A program made the position numbers and the translations under genes. Source: Deltaproteobacteria bacterium (lineage in GTDB: Bacteria; Desulfobacterota_D; UBA1144; Nemesobacterales; Nemesobacteraceae). Taken from it: DNA of 64,000 bases. Of the stretch, positions 1 through 10,087 are shown in pieces (the first letter of the stretch is position 1; each line of letters begins with the position of its first letter). The stretch is from positions 8,411 through 72,410 of the forward strand of contig JAJCZR010000050.1 of the NCBI GenBank assembly GCA_029262295.1, given 5' to 3'. The notes beneath the pieces were generated by a model that searched no databases, was not told the origin of the DNA, and was given only the letters and a program-made list of their open reading frames with translations.

Positions 1-403
1 TAATACTAATTACAGCTCTTTGATTGAAGATATTCTTGATTATTTAAGAAACTCTATTGATATTGCAGTTAGCAGTTTTATTCCACATGATAAAATCATT
101 TTGGACCCGGGAATAGGGTTTGGCAAAACTGCCGGGCAAAATATAGAGATAATAAGAAATCTAAATAAATTTACCAAATTAGGTTATCCAGTGTTGATAG
201 GCACATCCAGAAAATCATTTATAGGTAAGATTCTAAATGGTCTTCCTTCAGAAAAAAGATTAATTGGATCAGTTGTTACTGCTGTTGCTTCTGCTTTAAA
301 CGGTGCATCAATTATAAGAGTGCATGATGTTGAAGAGACTAAGCAGGCCTTTAAGATATTAGATGTTTTTTATAATATTTCTCAAAGGAATATAAATGCT
401 TGA
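1..403 (+). CDS. folP: dihydropteroate synthase, C-terminal part (5' end cut by window edge)
   Basis: The reading frame is open from the window edge. LDPGIGFGKT and GTSRKSFIG pterin-binding motifs are typical of the DHPS C-terminus. The ORF overlaps the downstream cdaA start. Confidence 0.8.
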   Translation, partial: NTNYSSLIEDILDYLRNSIDIAVSSFIPHDKIILDPGIGFGKTAGQNIEIIRNLNKFTKLGYPVLIGTSRKSFIGKILNGLPSEKRLIGSVVTAVASALNGASIIRVHDVEETKQAFKILDVFYNISQRNINA

Positions 404-1202
404 ATCAATAGAAAATTTTAGATATCTGTGGGATACATTGGATATCTTTCTGGTCGCCCTTATTTTCTACTATATTCTTAGAATTATTGAAGGGACCAGG
501 GCATCTCAAATACTTATAGGGCTTTTCTTACTGTTTTTACTGTTCTTTGTTTCTCAACAATGGGGGCTTTTTACACTTAACTGGCTTTTAGGACATTTTC
601 TTGGATCAATAATACTGATAGTTGTAATTTTGTTTCAAAACGATATCAGGAATGCACTTGCAAGAATAGGAAAGCGGCCATCGCTTTTCAGGTTTAGCCG
701 AACCGATGCAGAAGAATCTACTATTGATAAATTGGTTAAGGCTTCCACTTATATGTCTTCAAGAAAAATAGGTGCCCTGATTGCTATTGAGAGATCAAAT
801 ATACTAAATGACTTTATTGAGATTGGAATGGAAATTGATGCAAATATTTCTACTGAGCTTATAATAAGCATCTTTAATACTCAATCTCCTCTTCATGATG
901 GGGCAATAATAATAAGAAACAATAAAATACTTTCTGCTGGTTCTTTTTTTCCAATTGAGACAGATCCTGATATTGGAAGGGAGTTAGGCACAAGGCACAG
1001 GGCTGCAATCGGCCTTTCCTCTGAGACTGACGCTGTTGTGGTAGTTGTCTCGGAAGAAACTGGCTTAATATCAATTTCTTCTCAAGGCGAAATAACAAGA
1101 GGGCTTGATGCAGCGTCTTTAAACAATAGTTTAGTTGAAATTCTTGGAGTAAAGAAAAAGCCTGAGAAAAATAAGAAAAAATTGTTTTCAAAAGGCTCTT
1201 GA
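396..1202 (+). CDS. cdaA: diadenylate cyclase CdaA (DisA_N domain, three N-terminal TM helices)
   Basis: N-terminal hydrophobic segments are followed by the DAC domain motifs DGAIIIRNNKILSAGSFFP and TRHRAAIGLSSETDAVVVVVSEETG. The gene lies in the conserved cdaA-cdaR-glmM order. Confidence 0.88.
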   Translation: MLESIENFRYLWDTLDIFLVALIFYYILRIIEGTRASQILIGLFLLFLLFFVSQQWGLFTLNWLLGHFLGSIILIVVILFQNDIRNALARIGKRPSLFRFSRTDAEESTIDKLVKASTYMSSRKIGALIAIERSNILNDFIEIGMEIDANISTELIISIFNTQSPLHDGAIIIRNNKILSAGSFFPIETDPDIGRELGTRHRAAIGLSSETDAVVVVVSEETGLISISSQGEITRGLDAASLNNSLVEILGVKKKPEKNKKKLFSKGS

Positions 1203-1208
1203 TTCAAT

Positions 1209-2159
1209 ATGTGGAAAATAAATATAAGTAAAGATAGCAATCCATTTTTTCTAAATCTTGGAAAAAAAACAATAGCAATAGTAATTGCTATTGCTTTATG
1301 GATTGTTGCAAACCTTGAGTTTGATATAGAAAGAAATATAGAAGTTCCAATAAATTTTGTAAATCTGGATAAAAGCTTAATTGTAGTAAATGATGTTCCT
1401 AAAAACGTAAGTCTTAGGGCAAGAGGCCCAAGAAGTGAACTTTCTAATTTTGCTGATTCAAACCTAAACTTAACATTTGATCTTGCTGCTGTTCAAAATG
1501 GCAGTTCTAAGATTGATGTACAGACTGAGAAGCTAACAATTCCTGAAGAAGTACAAATAGTTACTATAAGCCCCGGGGAATTTGAAGTTGAGGTAGATAA
1601 AATTGTAAGTAAATCAGTGGTTGTGAATCCCATAATTGGTGAACCTGACAGAGGGTTTGAAATATCCGGTTCTCCTTTAGTTACACCCTCAAAAGTTGTG
1701 GTCTTAGGCCCAGAGAGGCTTTTATCAAAATTAGATTCTATTAATACTTCAAGGATATCGCTTAACGGTGAAACCTCTAAATTTACAATCCAGGTTCCTT
1801 TGCAACTTCCTTCATCTTTGATTCAAACCCAAAAAGAACAACTTGCAAGGGTTATTGTAGAACTAAATCAGGTGGTCCTTGAAAAAGAGTTTCGAAATGT
1901 AGAGATTTCTCTTAAAAATTTCAATGAGCTAAGTTATGAAATTGATTCAAATCTCAAGGCAGATGTTGTTTTTGATGGCCCATATAATATTATTAACAGT
2001 CTTAAAAGTGATGATATTGAAGTGTTTCTTGATGGAAGCGATATTAGTAAAGAGAAGAAAAAATCTGAAAACCTAAAGGTTAATGTAATCTACCCCTACC
2101 CCGACTCACTTAAACTTACAAAGATTTCTCCAGAAACGGTTAAAATAAGAATTAATTAG
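1209..2159 (+). CDS. cdaR: CdaR / YbbR-domain regulator of diadenylate cyclase
   Basis: It has one N-terminal TM helix followed by repeated YbbR-like beta-rich segments, and it sits between cdaA and glmM. Confidence 0.75.
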   Translation: MWKINISKDSNPFFLNLGKKTIAIVIAIALWIVANLEFDIERNIEVPINFVNLDKSLIVVNDVPKNVSLRARGPRSELSNFADSNLNLTFDLAAVQNGSSKIDVQTEKLTIPEEVQIVTISPGEFEVEVDKIVSKSVVVNPIIGEPDRGFEISGSPLVTPSKVVVLGPERLLSKLDSINTSRISLNGETSKFTIQVPLQLPSSLIQTQKEQLARVIVELNQVVLEKEFRNVEISLKNFNELSYEIDSNLKADVVFDGPYNIINSLKSDDIEVFLDGSDISKEKKKSENLKVNVIYPYPDSLKLTKISPETVKIRIN

Positions 2160-2183
2160 TTTTACCGGGAGGACTAATCACAG

Positions 2184-3545
2184 TTGAATAATAGAAAACT
2201 TTTTGGAACTGATGGTATCAGAGGAATTGCCAATAAGCATCCTATGACACCTGAGATATCATTAAAACTTGGAAAATCCATAACAAGTTTTTTAAAAAAC
2301 CATATTTCTCACTCACCCAAAATCCTGATTGGAAAAGACACAAGGCTTTCCGGTTATATATTTGAGCAGGCAATATCAGCGGGTATCACTTCGATGGGTG
2401 GTGAGGTAATACTTGTGGGACCATTGCCAACACCTGCAATTGCATTTTTAACCTCTAATATGAGAGCTGATGCAGGAATTGTTATTTCCGCTTCACATAA
2501 CCCTTATCAGGATAATGGAATTAAAATATTTGATAGAAATGGTTTTAAACTTCCAGACGATATTGAATCTGAAATTGAAAAGCTTATTTTAGATGATATT
2601 AATTCACTTGAGGGCATTCCCTCAGAAATAGGTAAAGCAAAAAGAATTGATGATGCAATTGGAAGATATATTGTTTTTCTAAAAAACACATTTCCTAGTG
2701 ATCTCACTCTTGATGGATTAAAAATTGTTATTGACTGTGCAAATGGTGCTGCTTATAAAGTTGCCCCAATTGTTTTTGAAGAACTAGGGGCAGATGTTAC
2801 TACAATTGGAGCAAAGCCTGATGGAAAAAATATTAATGTCGATTGTGGCAGCCTTAATCCCCAAATACTTATTGATAAAGTTCTTGAGATTGGTGCTGAT
2901 ATTGGAATTGCGCTAGATGGAGATGCAGACAGGGTGATATTCTGTGATGAAAATGGCAGTGAGGTTGATGGTGACAAGATAATCGCAATTTCCGCCACTG
3001 ATATGATTGAAAATAATACTTTAAAATCAGACATTGTTGTGGCAACACAGATGAGCAACATAGCCCTTGAGAAATATTTGAACGATAAAGGAATTAAGCT
3101 TGAAAGAACAAATGTGGGTGATAGGTATGTTGTGGAAGCTATGAAAAAAAATGGTTCAAACCTGGGCGGTGAAAAATCAGGACATCTTATTTATCTGGAT
3201 CATACAACAACTGGTGATGGACTTTTAGCTTCGTTGCAACTTCTATCAATAATGAAAAAGAATAACAAACCTCTTTCCAGACTTGCTGAGATTATAGAGC
3301 TCTTCCCACAAACATTAAATAATATTAAAGTGTTGGAGAAAAAACCTTTTAAAAATATTACAGGGTTAAGTGATCTGGTCTCAAAATTTGAAAATGAGCT
3401 TAACACTAGTGGAAGAATAAACCTAAGATATTCTGGCACAGAACAACTTGCCCGTGTAATGGTTGAGGGAGAAGACGAAGTTAAAATAAATAGAATTGCG
3501 GATGATATTTCAAGTTTTATTCAGGAAAGTATTGGAGAGAATTAA
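2184..3545 (+). CDS. glmM: phosphoglucosamine mutase
   Basis: Motifs include LFGTDGIRG at the N-terminus, the SASHNP phosphoserine loop and GGEKSGH. It has a TTG start preceded by GGGAGG. Confidence 0.92.
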   Translation: MNNRKLFGTDGIRGIANKHPMTPEISLKLGKSITSFLKNHISHSPKILIGKDTRLSGYIFEQAISAGITSMGGEVILVGPLPTPAIAFLTSNMRADAGIVISASHNPYQDNGIKIFDRNGFKLPDDIESEIEKLILDDINSLEGIPSEIGKAKRIDDAIGRYIVFLKNTFPSDLTLDGLKIVIDCANGAAYKVAPIVFEELGADVTTIGAKPDGKNINVDCGSLNPQILIDKVLEIGADIGIALDGDADRVIFCDENGSEVDGDKIIAISATDMIENNTLKSDIVVATQMSNIALEKYLNDKGIKLERTNVGDRYVVEAMKKNGSNLGGEKSGHLIYLDHTTTGDGLLASLQLLSIMKKNNKPLSRLAEIIELFPQTLNNIKVLEKKPFKNITGLSDLVSKFENELNTSGRINLRYSGTEQLARVMVEGEDEVKINRIADDISSFIQESIGEN

Positions 3546-4261
3546 TGCCGAGGTTAAACGTTAATATTGACCATGTTGCAACAATTAGACAGGCTCGTGG
3601 TGGTAATGACCCTGATCCAGTTGCTGCTGCCACTATTTGTGAACTTGCAGGTGCAAGTGGAATAGTTGTTCATTTAAGAGAAGATAGAAGGCACGCTCAG
3701 GATAGGGATATTGAGATTTTAAGAAAAACTTTAAAAACAAAACTTAATATGGAAATGGCTGCCACTTCAGAAATGGTTGGGATAGCAAAGAAAATTAAGC
3801 CTGATATGGTAACCCTGGTCCCAGAAAAAAGACAAGAAGTTACAACTGAAGGCGGTTTGGATGTAACCGGTAATTTTGAGCTAATTAAAGATACCGTAAA
3901 CAAATTAAAAAAGTCGGATATTTTTGTCAGCCTTTTTATTGATCCAGAAGATTCACAGATTCAATCTTCAAAAGATTCAGGTGCGCAGATGGTTGAGTTT
4001 CATACAGGAAGTTATGCTGATGCAAAAACTGAGATGGATCAAATTAATGAACTTAAAAAAGTAAAAGATTCTGTTGAAACAGCACTATCTATTGGAATGA
4101 GAGTTTCAGCCGGACATGGGCTAAATTACTTTAATGTAAGAGAAGTCGTATCAATTGATGGAATTGAAGAATTAAATATTGGTCATAGTATTGTATCCAG
4201 AGCTGTGCTTGTAGGAATGGATGAAGCGGTAAGAGATATGGTCTATCTGTGTGAGGTTTAG
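3545..4261 (+). CDS. pdxJ: pyridoxine 5'-phosphate synthase
   Basis: The N-terminus [17 protein letters not shown] and the motif FHTGSYA support the call. The length is 238 aa. Confidence 0.9.
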   Translation: MPRLNVNIDHVATIRQARGGNDPDPVAAATICELAGASGIVVHLREDRRHAQDRDIEILRKTLKTKLNMEMAATSEMVGIAKKIKPDMVTLVPEKRQEVTTEGGLDVTGNFELIKDTVNKLKKSDIFVSLFIDPEDSQIQSSKDSGAQMVEFHTGSYADAKTEMDQINELKKVKDSVETALSIGMRVSAGHGLNYFNVREVVSIDGIEELNIGHSIVSRAVLVGMDEAVRDMVYLCEV

Positions 4262-4266
4262 TTGAA

Positions 4267-4644
4267 ATGGTAGTCGGGCTTGGTGTTGATATCATTCAAA
4301 ATGAACGTATAGAAAGTGTTGTAAAAAAATGGGGAGACAAGTTCCTTAATAAATTTTTTAGTGACAATGAAATTAATTCACTCGATAAAACCAGGAATAA
4401 GGATCAGAGGTTAGCTGCAAATTATGCCGCTAAAGAAGCATTTGTTAAAGCTATGGGCACTGGTTTTAGAAGTGGAATGAAATTCAAATATATAGAAGTT
4501 AAAAGAGACAGCTTGGGTAAACCTTATATTGATACTCATGGTAAAGTTAAAGACGCCGTCGCTAAAAAAGGGGTTAGCAATATTCATTTATCAATTTCCC
4601 ATGAAAAAGATTATTCAGTGGCAGTAGTGATTTTTGAAAACTGA
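4267..4644 (+). CDS. acpS: holo-[acyl-carrier-protein] synthase (4'-phosphopantetheinyl transferase)
   Basis: The protein is 125 aa, starts GLGVDIIQNERIE and carries the AAKEAFVKAMGTG motif. Confidence 0.85.
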   Translation: MVVGLGVDIIQNERIESVVKKWGDKFLNKFFSDNEINSLDKTRNKDQRLAANYAAKEAFVKAMGTGFRSGMKFKYIEVKRDSLGKPYIDTHGKVKDAVAKKGVSNIHLSISHEKDYSVAVVIFEN

Positions 4645-4713
4645 ATATTTTAGAACCGAACTTAACTCCAACTAAATCTAAATTTAATATTAAACTGACT
4701 TTTTCATAACATT

Positions 4714-5784
4714 ATGTGGAATGAGAATAAATTAACAAAACTTCTAGATATTAAATATCCAATAATTCAGGCCCCTATGGCAGGTGGCCCTACAACACCT
4801 GAACTTATAGCAGCTGTTTCTAATAATGGTGGACTTGGTTCACTTGGAGCCGGTTATCTTGCTCCCAAAAAACTCAGGGAAGAAATTAAAAAGACTAAAG
4901 AGCTTACAGACAAACCAATTTCAATAAACCTTTTTGTTCCTGAGTTTCCTGAAGATAATATTGAACAAAAAGAAAAAATTATTGAACTCCTAAAACCTTA
5001 TAGAAAAGAACTTGGGCTTACCGAAGCACCTGAAATTAGTTCTATACAACAATCTTTTGATGAGCAGTTAAATATAATTCTGGAAGAAGATATTAAAATT
5101 TTAAGTTTCACTTTTGGTGTTTCATCTGAAGATTGGATAAAAAGATTAAAGGATGAAGATGTAATTCTGATTGGAACTGCAACAACTGTTGATGAAGCGA
5201 TTGAACTAGAGAATAAAGGTGCAGATGTAGTTGTTGCTCAGGGAAGTGAGTCTGGTGGGCACAGAGGCACTTTTAAAGGTAAGTTTGAAGATAGCCTTAT
5301 TGGCACAATGGCATTAGTCCCTCAGGTTGTAGATAATGTTTCAATACCTGTTGTAGCTGCTGGTGGAATCATGGATGCCAGGGGAATTGTTGCCGCTCTT
5401 GTCCTTGGTGCAAGTGGTGTGCAGATGGGAAGTGCATTTCTTACATGTAAAGAAAGTGGGGCAAATGATCTTCACAAAAATGCTATTCTTGAAAGTAAGG
5501 AAAGTGATACCGTTACCACAAAAGTTTTTTCTGGAAAGATGGCAAGAGGTATAAGAAACAAATTTATTGATGACTTTCAAAAGTACGAGAATGATGTGCC
5601 GCCCTACCCCATTCAAAATACTTTAACCCGAGAGCTCCGTCAGTCAGCAGCGAAAAGCAATAAACCAGAGTATATGTCGCTTTGGTCAGGTCAGGGAATA
5701 AGAATGAGTAAAACTCTCTCTGTAAAAGAACTTATGGAAGAATTGACTAAAGGAGTCAGTAATATTTTATCTAAAAGCTGGTAG
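4714..5784 (+). CDS. nitronate monooxygenase family flavin oxidoreductase (possible FabK-type enoyl-ACP reductase)
   Basis: It has the NMO fold and the motifs IIQAPMAGGPTTPELIAAVSNNGGLGSLG and VVAAGGIMDARG. It lies directly downstream of acpS. Confidence 0.75.
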   Translation: MWNENKLTKLLDIKYPIIQAPMAGGPTTPELIAAVSNNGGLGSLGAGYLAPKKLREEIKKTKELTDKPISINLFVPEFPEDNIEQKEKIIELLKPYRKELGLTEAPEISSIQQSFDEQLNIILEEDIKILSFTFGVSSEDWIKRLKDEDVILIGTATTVDEAIELENKGADVVVAQGSESGGHRGTFKGKFEDSLIGTMALVPQVVDNVSIPVVAAGGIMDARGIVAALVLGASGVQMGSAFLTCKESGANDLHKNAILESKESDTVTTKVFSGKMARGIRNKFIDDFQKYENDVPPYPIQNTLTRELRQSAAKSNKPEYMSLWSGQGIRMSKTLSVKELMEELTKGVSNILSKSW

Positions 5785-5795
5785 AATCTTTTATT

Positions 5796-6017
5796 ATGAA
5801 TACTTTAAATATTTCTGGTGATGATATTAAATTTTCAAAGCTTGTCGAAAAAGTAAACAAAACGAAAAAGCCAACTAAAATAAAAAGTAAGATAGGAAAC
5901 TTTGTTATAATGTCTTTACAGGAATATAAATCTTATAAAGAAACACTTTATCTTTTAAAAAGCCCAAAAAATGCAAGTAGATTACTAAAATCTATAGAAG
6001 AATTTGAAAAAGCATAA
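5796..6017 (+). CDS. YefM/Phd-family type II antitoxin (orphan, no cognate toxin ORF adjacent)
   Basis: The core FVIMSLQEYKSYKETLYLLKSPKNASRLLKSIEEFE closely matches the YefM consensus [27 protein letters not shown]. Confidence 0.65.
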   Translation: MNTLNISGDDIKFSKLVEKVNKTKKPTKIKSKIGNFVIMSLQEYKSYKETLYLLKSPKNASRLLKSIEEFEKA

Positions 6018-6040
6018 AAGTTAGCACATTATGATTTCAT

Positions 6041-7261
6041 TTAAGTGATTTTACTAATCGTCAATCCCTGTACAAGAATAGAAAATAGCACAACCAAATA
6101 AGTTATTGAGACTATGACTTCTCTCTCTGCTCCTAATGGAATAGAAAGGGCAAGTGCTACAGAAATGCCGCCCCTGAGAGCTCCCCAAGTCATGATTTTT
6201 ACTGCATTTGGGCTAAAATCTTTAAAATTATTAAGTAAAGTGACAGGAATTTTTACAACAATATATCTTGCAAACAAAACGGTTGGAATAATTAAAAGAC
6301 CTGCAAACAGATAATTATTATTGAAAGTAAGAATTATTATTTCCAAACCGATTAAAACAAAAAGCACGACATTTAATATTTCATCAATCAATTCCCAAAA
6401 TTTGTCTAAATTCTCACGTGTTTCATCGCTCATTGCAAAATGCCTTCCCCTATTACCAATTAAAAGACCCGCAATTACTACTGCAATTGGGCCTGACAAA
6501 TGAAGATACGAAGCAAGACCATATCCACCCATTACTAGCGCAAGAGTTAATAGTATTTCCACCTGGTAGTTGTTGACCGTCTTTAGCATTTTATAAACTA
6601 TATATCCAGTTGCAAAACCAAATACCCCACCACCAACTGCTTCAACAACAAAAAGCTTAATTCCATCAGTGAGGTGAAATTCATGAGTAGAAGTGGCAAT
6701 CTCTAGTATGATTAAAAAGACTACGACCCCTACCCCATCGTTAAACAGGGATTCACCAACTACTTTTGTTTCAAGAGATTTTGGTATACCAGCTTTTTTA
6801 AGTATCCCGAGTACTGCTATTGGATCCGTGGGTGAGATCAAAGCTCCGAATAATAAACAATAGATAAACGGCAAACTAATTCCAATAAAGTTAAATATAT
6901 AGAAAGAAGCAGCACCAATAATAAATGTAGAGAGTACTACTCCAAAAGTGGCCAGAATTGCGATTATCCATTTCTGATCTCTTAGATCATTTATGTTTAC
7001 ATGAAGAGCACCTGCGAAGAGAAGAAAGCTAAGCATTCCCTGCATTAGAGTTTCATCAAAATCAATATTTGAAATAAGTATTTCAGCCTTATCTTCCAAT
7101 CCCGAATAGCCAAATTGACTCAAAAGAATCAAGATTAGAGATGCGACAAGTGCAATTGCCATAACTCCAATGGTTGTTGGAAGCTTTATGAACTTATAAT
7201 TGATATAACTAAAGAGTGCTGAAATGGTTATTATTATTGCAATAAGGTTTATTAATTCCAT
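6041..7261 (-). CDS. monovalent cation:proton antiporter (CPA1 / NhaP-type Na+/H+ exchanger)
   Basis: It is a 406 aa polytopic membrane protein with the motifs [10 protein letters not shown] and ISPTDPIAV typical of the Na+/H+ exchanger family. Confidence 0.8.
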   Translation of the reverse strand: MELINLIAIIITISALFSYINYKFIKLPTTIGVMAIALVASLILILLSQFGYSGLEDKAEILISNIDFDETLMQGMLSFLLFAGALHVNINDLRDQKWIIAILATFGVVLSTFIIGAASFYIFNFIGISLPFIYCLLFGALISPTDPIAVLGILKKAGIPKSLETKVVGESLFNDGVGVVVFLIILEIATSTHEFHLTDGIKLFVVEAVGGGVFGFATGYIVYKMLKTVNNYQVEILLTLALVMGGYGLASYLHLSGPIAVVIAGLLIGNRGRHFAMSDETRENLDKFWELIDEILNVVLFVLIGLEIIILTFNNNYLFAGLLIIPTVLFARYIVVKIPVTLLNNFKDFSPNAVKIMTWGALRGGISVALALSIPLGAEREVIVSITYLVVLFSILVQGLTISKIT

Positions 7262-7309
7262 AGGCGGGGAATAATTATAAAGTCTTTCTTCAAGTTTTAA
7301 AGGCTTTAG

Positions 7310-7315
7310 TATAAT
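7310..7315 (+). promoter_or_regulatory. candidate -10 hexamer TATAAT upstream of the toxin-antitoxin pair
   Basis: A TATAAT sits at 7310-7315, about 58 nt before the ATG at 7374, with a GGGAGA RBS before the start. A weak -35 TTCAAG lies 15 nt upstream. Confidence 0.35.
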
Positions 7316-7373
7316 GAAATTGGGAAATATATGATATATTTCAAGTAAATATAGATTTTGGGGAGATTGAGAT

Positions 7374-7559
7374 ATGGAAACTACTAAAGTTAAAGATGAA
7401 GCAAAAATCCTTATTGAAGAACTCTCAGACGATGCATCATGGGATGATCTGATGTATAAAATATATGTGAGAAAGGCGATTGATTCTGGACTTAAGGATA
7501 GTGAGAATAATAAAACTCAGAAACTAAATGAAGTACGTTCAAAATTTGGTCTCAAGTAG
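7374..7559 (+). CDS. putative addiction-module antitoxin (TIGR02574-like small partner of ParE/RelE toxins)
   Basis: It is a 61 aa acidic protein ([25 protein letters not shown]). Its TAG stop overlaps the GTG start of the downstream RelE/ParE-fold ORF. Confidence 0.6.
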   Translation: METTKVKDEAKILIEELSDDASWDDLMYKIYVRKAIDSGLKDSENNKTQKLNEVRSKFGLK

Positions 7560-7846
7560 TGAAAGTCAAATGGACAAATTCAGCTGTCGATCACTTAATT
7601 TCAATACACGAATACATATCTCAAAATTCAGAAATTTATGCCAATAATGTTTTAGAAAAACTTATCGATCGTTCTGAACAACTAAATTTTTTTCCAAATT
7701 CAGGTCGAGTTGTTCCTGAGTATAAAAGCGACAAAATACGTGAATTGATAGAAAATCCCTACCGAATTATATACCTAATAAAAGAAGGACAGATAGATAT
7801 ACTTGCAGTAATTCATACTGCTCAACAAATCAAAAATAAAAAGTAA
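7559..7846 (+). CDS. type II toxin, RelE/ParE family
   Basis: The 95 aa protein carries LISIHEYISQNSEIYANNVLEKL, FPNSGRVVPE and YRIIYLIKEGQIDILAVIHTAQ, the ParE-like plasmid-stabilisation fold signature. Confidence 0.78.
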   Translation: MKVKWTNSAVDHLISIHEYISQNSEIYANNVLEKLIDRSEQLNFFPNSGRVVPEYKSDKIRELIENPYRIIYLIKEGQIDILAVIHTAQQIKNKK

Positions 7847-7854
7847 TTTTTCAA

Positions 7855-9081
7855 ATGCAAAAAAACATTGAAAAGCTATTTAATACTGGCCTTTTTAATA
7901 TAAAGCCAAGCCTTGAACGAATTGAGAAAGTGCTTGAATTACTTGATTTCCCTCATAATAAAAGAAAATTTGTGATTGTTGGTGGTACTAATGGGAAGGG
8001 TTCAGTTTGTACTTTTCTTGCAAAAATATTAGAAGAAAATGGCTATAAAACAGGATTATATACTTCTCCCCACCTTATTAGTGCCACTGAAAGGATAAAG
8101 ATTGATGGAAAACAAATATCTGAAACTGAATTAGACAATCTATTGGGTCAGATATTTAGTATTTGTCATGAAAATGAAGTTAAACTCAGCTATTTTGAAC
8201 TTGTTACTGCAGCTGCATTTATATATTTTGATAAAAACAGTATTGATATTGGAATACTTGAGGTGGGAATGGGCGGAAGATGGGATGCAACAAACGTAGT
8301 TGAGCCACTTATTTCAGTTATTACAAATGTTTCACTGGATCATACAAAGTATTTAGGTAACACAATAAAGGAAATAGCAGCTGAAAAAGCTGAAATTATT
8401 AAGAAAAACGGAATTGTTTTAACTACGGCAGAAACCGAAGCCTTAGAGGTTATTGAAGCTAAATCAAATGAGGTTTCGGCTAAACTGTATAATATAGAAA
8501 ACAAATCAATTTTAAAAGACCTCAACTTAACATTTAAACCAAAATATCAAGAAAAAAATATAGTGCTATCAGTAGCTTGTGCTGATATTCTAAATAAACA
8601 CTTTAACTATAAAATTGATGCACTCAAGCTTGAGAAAGCAATAAACAATACTATTTTTGAGGGAAGATTCGAGATTTTAAGAGAAAATCCGCCTTTAATT
8701 ATTGATGGTGGACATAATGTGGATGCTGCAAAGAATCTTGTTGTTTCTTTAATAAACCTTTATCCAGATACGAAATTTAATTTTCTCATCTCTATGCTTA
8801 ACACAAAAGATTTAGATGGTTTTTTGAAAGAAATACAAAATGTTTCATCTCAATTAATAATTACAGAAATTCCTGATAAGTTATCATTTACTTCTGACGA
8901 AATAGAAAGAGCTGTTAAAAATCAGAAATTTTCCAAATACGAGATTATAAAAGACCCTGAAGATGCGTTTAATGAGCTTAAAAGTTATAATAGCCCTTCA
9001 TGTGTAAGCGGTTCTTTATACTTAATCGGATATCTTAAAAAAGAGGTAATTAATGAAAAAACTGGCACTGGTAAAAGATGA
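7855..9081 (+). CDS. folC: bifunctional folylpolyglutamate synthase / dihydrofolate synthase
   Basis: The P-loop FVIVGGTNGKGSV, YTSPHL and DGGHN motifs of the Mur ligase family FolC are present. Confidence 0.88.
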   Translation: MQKNIEKLFNTGLFNIKPSLERIEKVLELLDFPHNKRKFVIVGGTNGKGSVCTFLAKILEENGYKTGLYTSPHLISATERIKIDGKQISETELDNLLGQIFSICHENEVKLSYFELVTAAAFIYFDKNSIDIGILEVGMGGRWDATNVVEPLISVITNVSLDHTKYLGNTIKEIAAEKAEIIKKNGIVLTTAETEALEVIEAKSNEVSAKLYNIENKSILKDLNLTFKPKYQEKNIVLSVACADILNKHFNYKIDALKLEKAINNTIFEGRFEILRENPPLIIDGGHNVDAAKNLVVSLINLYPDTKFNFLISMLNTKDLDGFLKEIQNVSSQLIITEIPDKLSFTSDEIERAVKNQKFSKYEIIKDPEDAFNELKSYNSPSCVSGSLYLIGYLKKEVINEKTGTGKR

Positions 9082-10087
9082 TCTTTTCTTTCAACACACA
9101 AACGGACCTAATCATCCAGAGTGTGCTGAAAGGTTGACAAGCATTTTTAATAAACTTGAAGAGACAAAACTAATAGACAAGACTGTATCAATAGATTTTA
9201 GCCCCGCCACAGAAGAAGATATAACCAGGGTTCATACGAAAGAGCATTTCGATAGGATAAAAGCTACAGCAGGTAAAGAGTTTGTTAAATTGGATGAAGA
9301 TACTGCCACTTGTCCTGTATCCTTTGATGCTGCAATGATGGCCTCAGGATCATTAATTTCATCTTTTGACCACATACTTTCTGGAGAAATTGATACTGCT
9401 TTTACTTTTGCCCGTCCTGCAGGACATCATGCAGAAAAAAATAAGCCAATGGGTTTTTGCCTTTTCAACTATGTAGCCGTTGCGGCTGCCCATTTGTTGC
9501 ATAAACATAAAATGGATCGTGTACTAATAATTGACTGGGATGTACACCACGGGAATGGCACACAAAACATATTTTTTGATGATCCCAGGGTGCTTTTCTT
9601 TTCTATTCATCAGTATCCATTTTACCCGGGTACTGGAAGCCTTAAGGAGTTGGGTTACGATAAAGGACTTGGATATAATGTGAATGTACCTATTCCATCT
9701 ATGTTTGGAGATGATGATTATTTAAGAATATTTCAAGAAATATTAAAACCGGTAATTACTCAATACAAACCCCAGTTCACAATAATTTCAGCAGGTTTTG
9801 ACGCCTTTTTTATTGATCCGTTAGGTGGAATGAGGATTACTGCAAATGGTTTTGCAAAGTTAACACGTTTTGTAATGGATGCTGCAAAAGATCATTCTGA
9901 CAATAAAATAGCTTTTGCTCTAGAGGGTGGTTACAACCTTGGAGAACTTGGAAATATTGCGAAAGAAGTTGTAGAAGAAATCCTTGATATAAATGTTTCT
10001 TCAACAGAATTTACTAAAGAAAACACTATGTGTGATCACACTATAGATGAGGTTAAAGAAGTTTATTCACCATATTGGAAGTTCTAG
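9053..10087 (+). CDS. histone deacetylase-family protein (acetoin utilisation AcuC / acetylpolyamine amidohydrolase-like)
   Basis: Motifs include FARPAGHHAE, IIDWDVHHGNGTQ and FALEGGYN (Zn-binding D-H-D and catalytic His pairs). Confidence 0.85.
   Translation: MKKLALVKDDLFFQHTNGPNHPECAERLTSIFNKLEETKLIDKTVSIDFSPATEEDITRVHTKEHFDRIKATAGKEFVKLDEDTATCPVSFDAAMMASGSLISSFDHILSGEIDTAFTFARPAGHHAEKNKPMGFCLFNYVAVAAAHLLHKHKMDRVLIIDWDVHHGNGTQNIFFDDPRVLFFSIHQYPFYPGTGSLKELGYDKGLGYNVNVPIPSMFGDDDYLRIFQEILKPVITQYKPQFTIISAGFDAFFIDPLGGMRITANGFAKLTRFVMDAAKDHSDNKIAFALEGGYNLGELGNIAKEVVEEILDINVSSTEFTKENTMCDHTIDEVKEVYSPYWKF

Noticed and set aside
874-1191. Antisense ORFs inside annotated genes, for example 874-1191, 2507-3439, 15336-15839 and 35858-36449 on the opposite strand
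   Set aside because: They lie entirely within strongly supported conserved genes on the other strand. They are low-complexity (Ser/Leu/Phe-rich) and lack RBS. They are typical of chance ORFs in AT-rich DNA.
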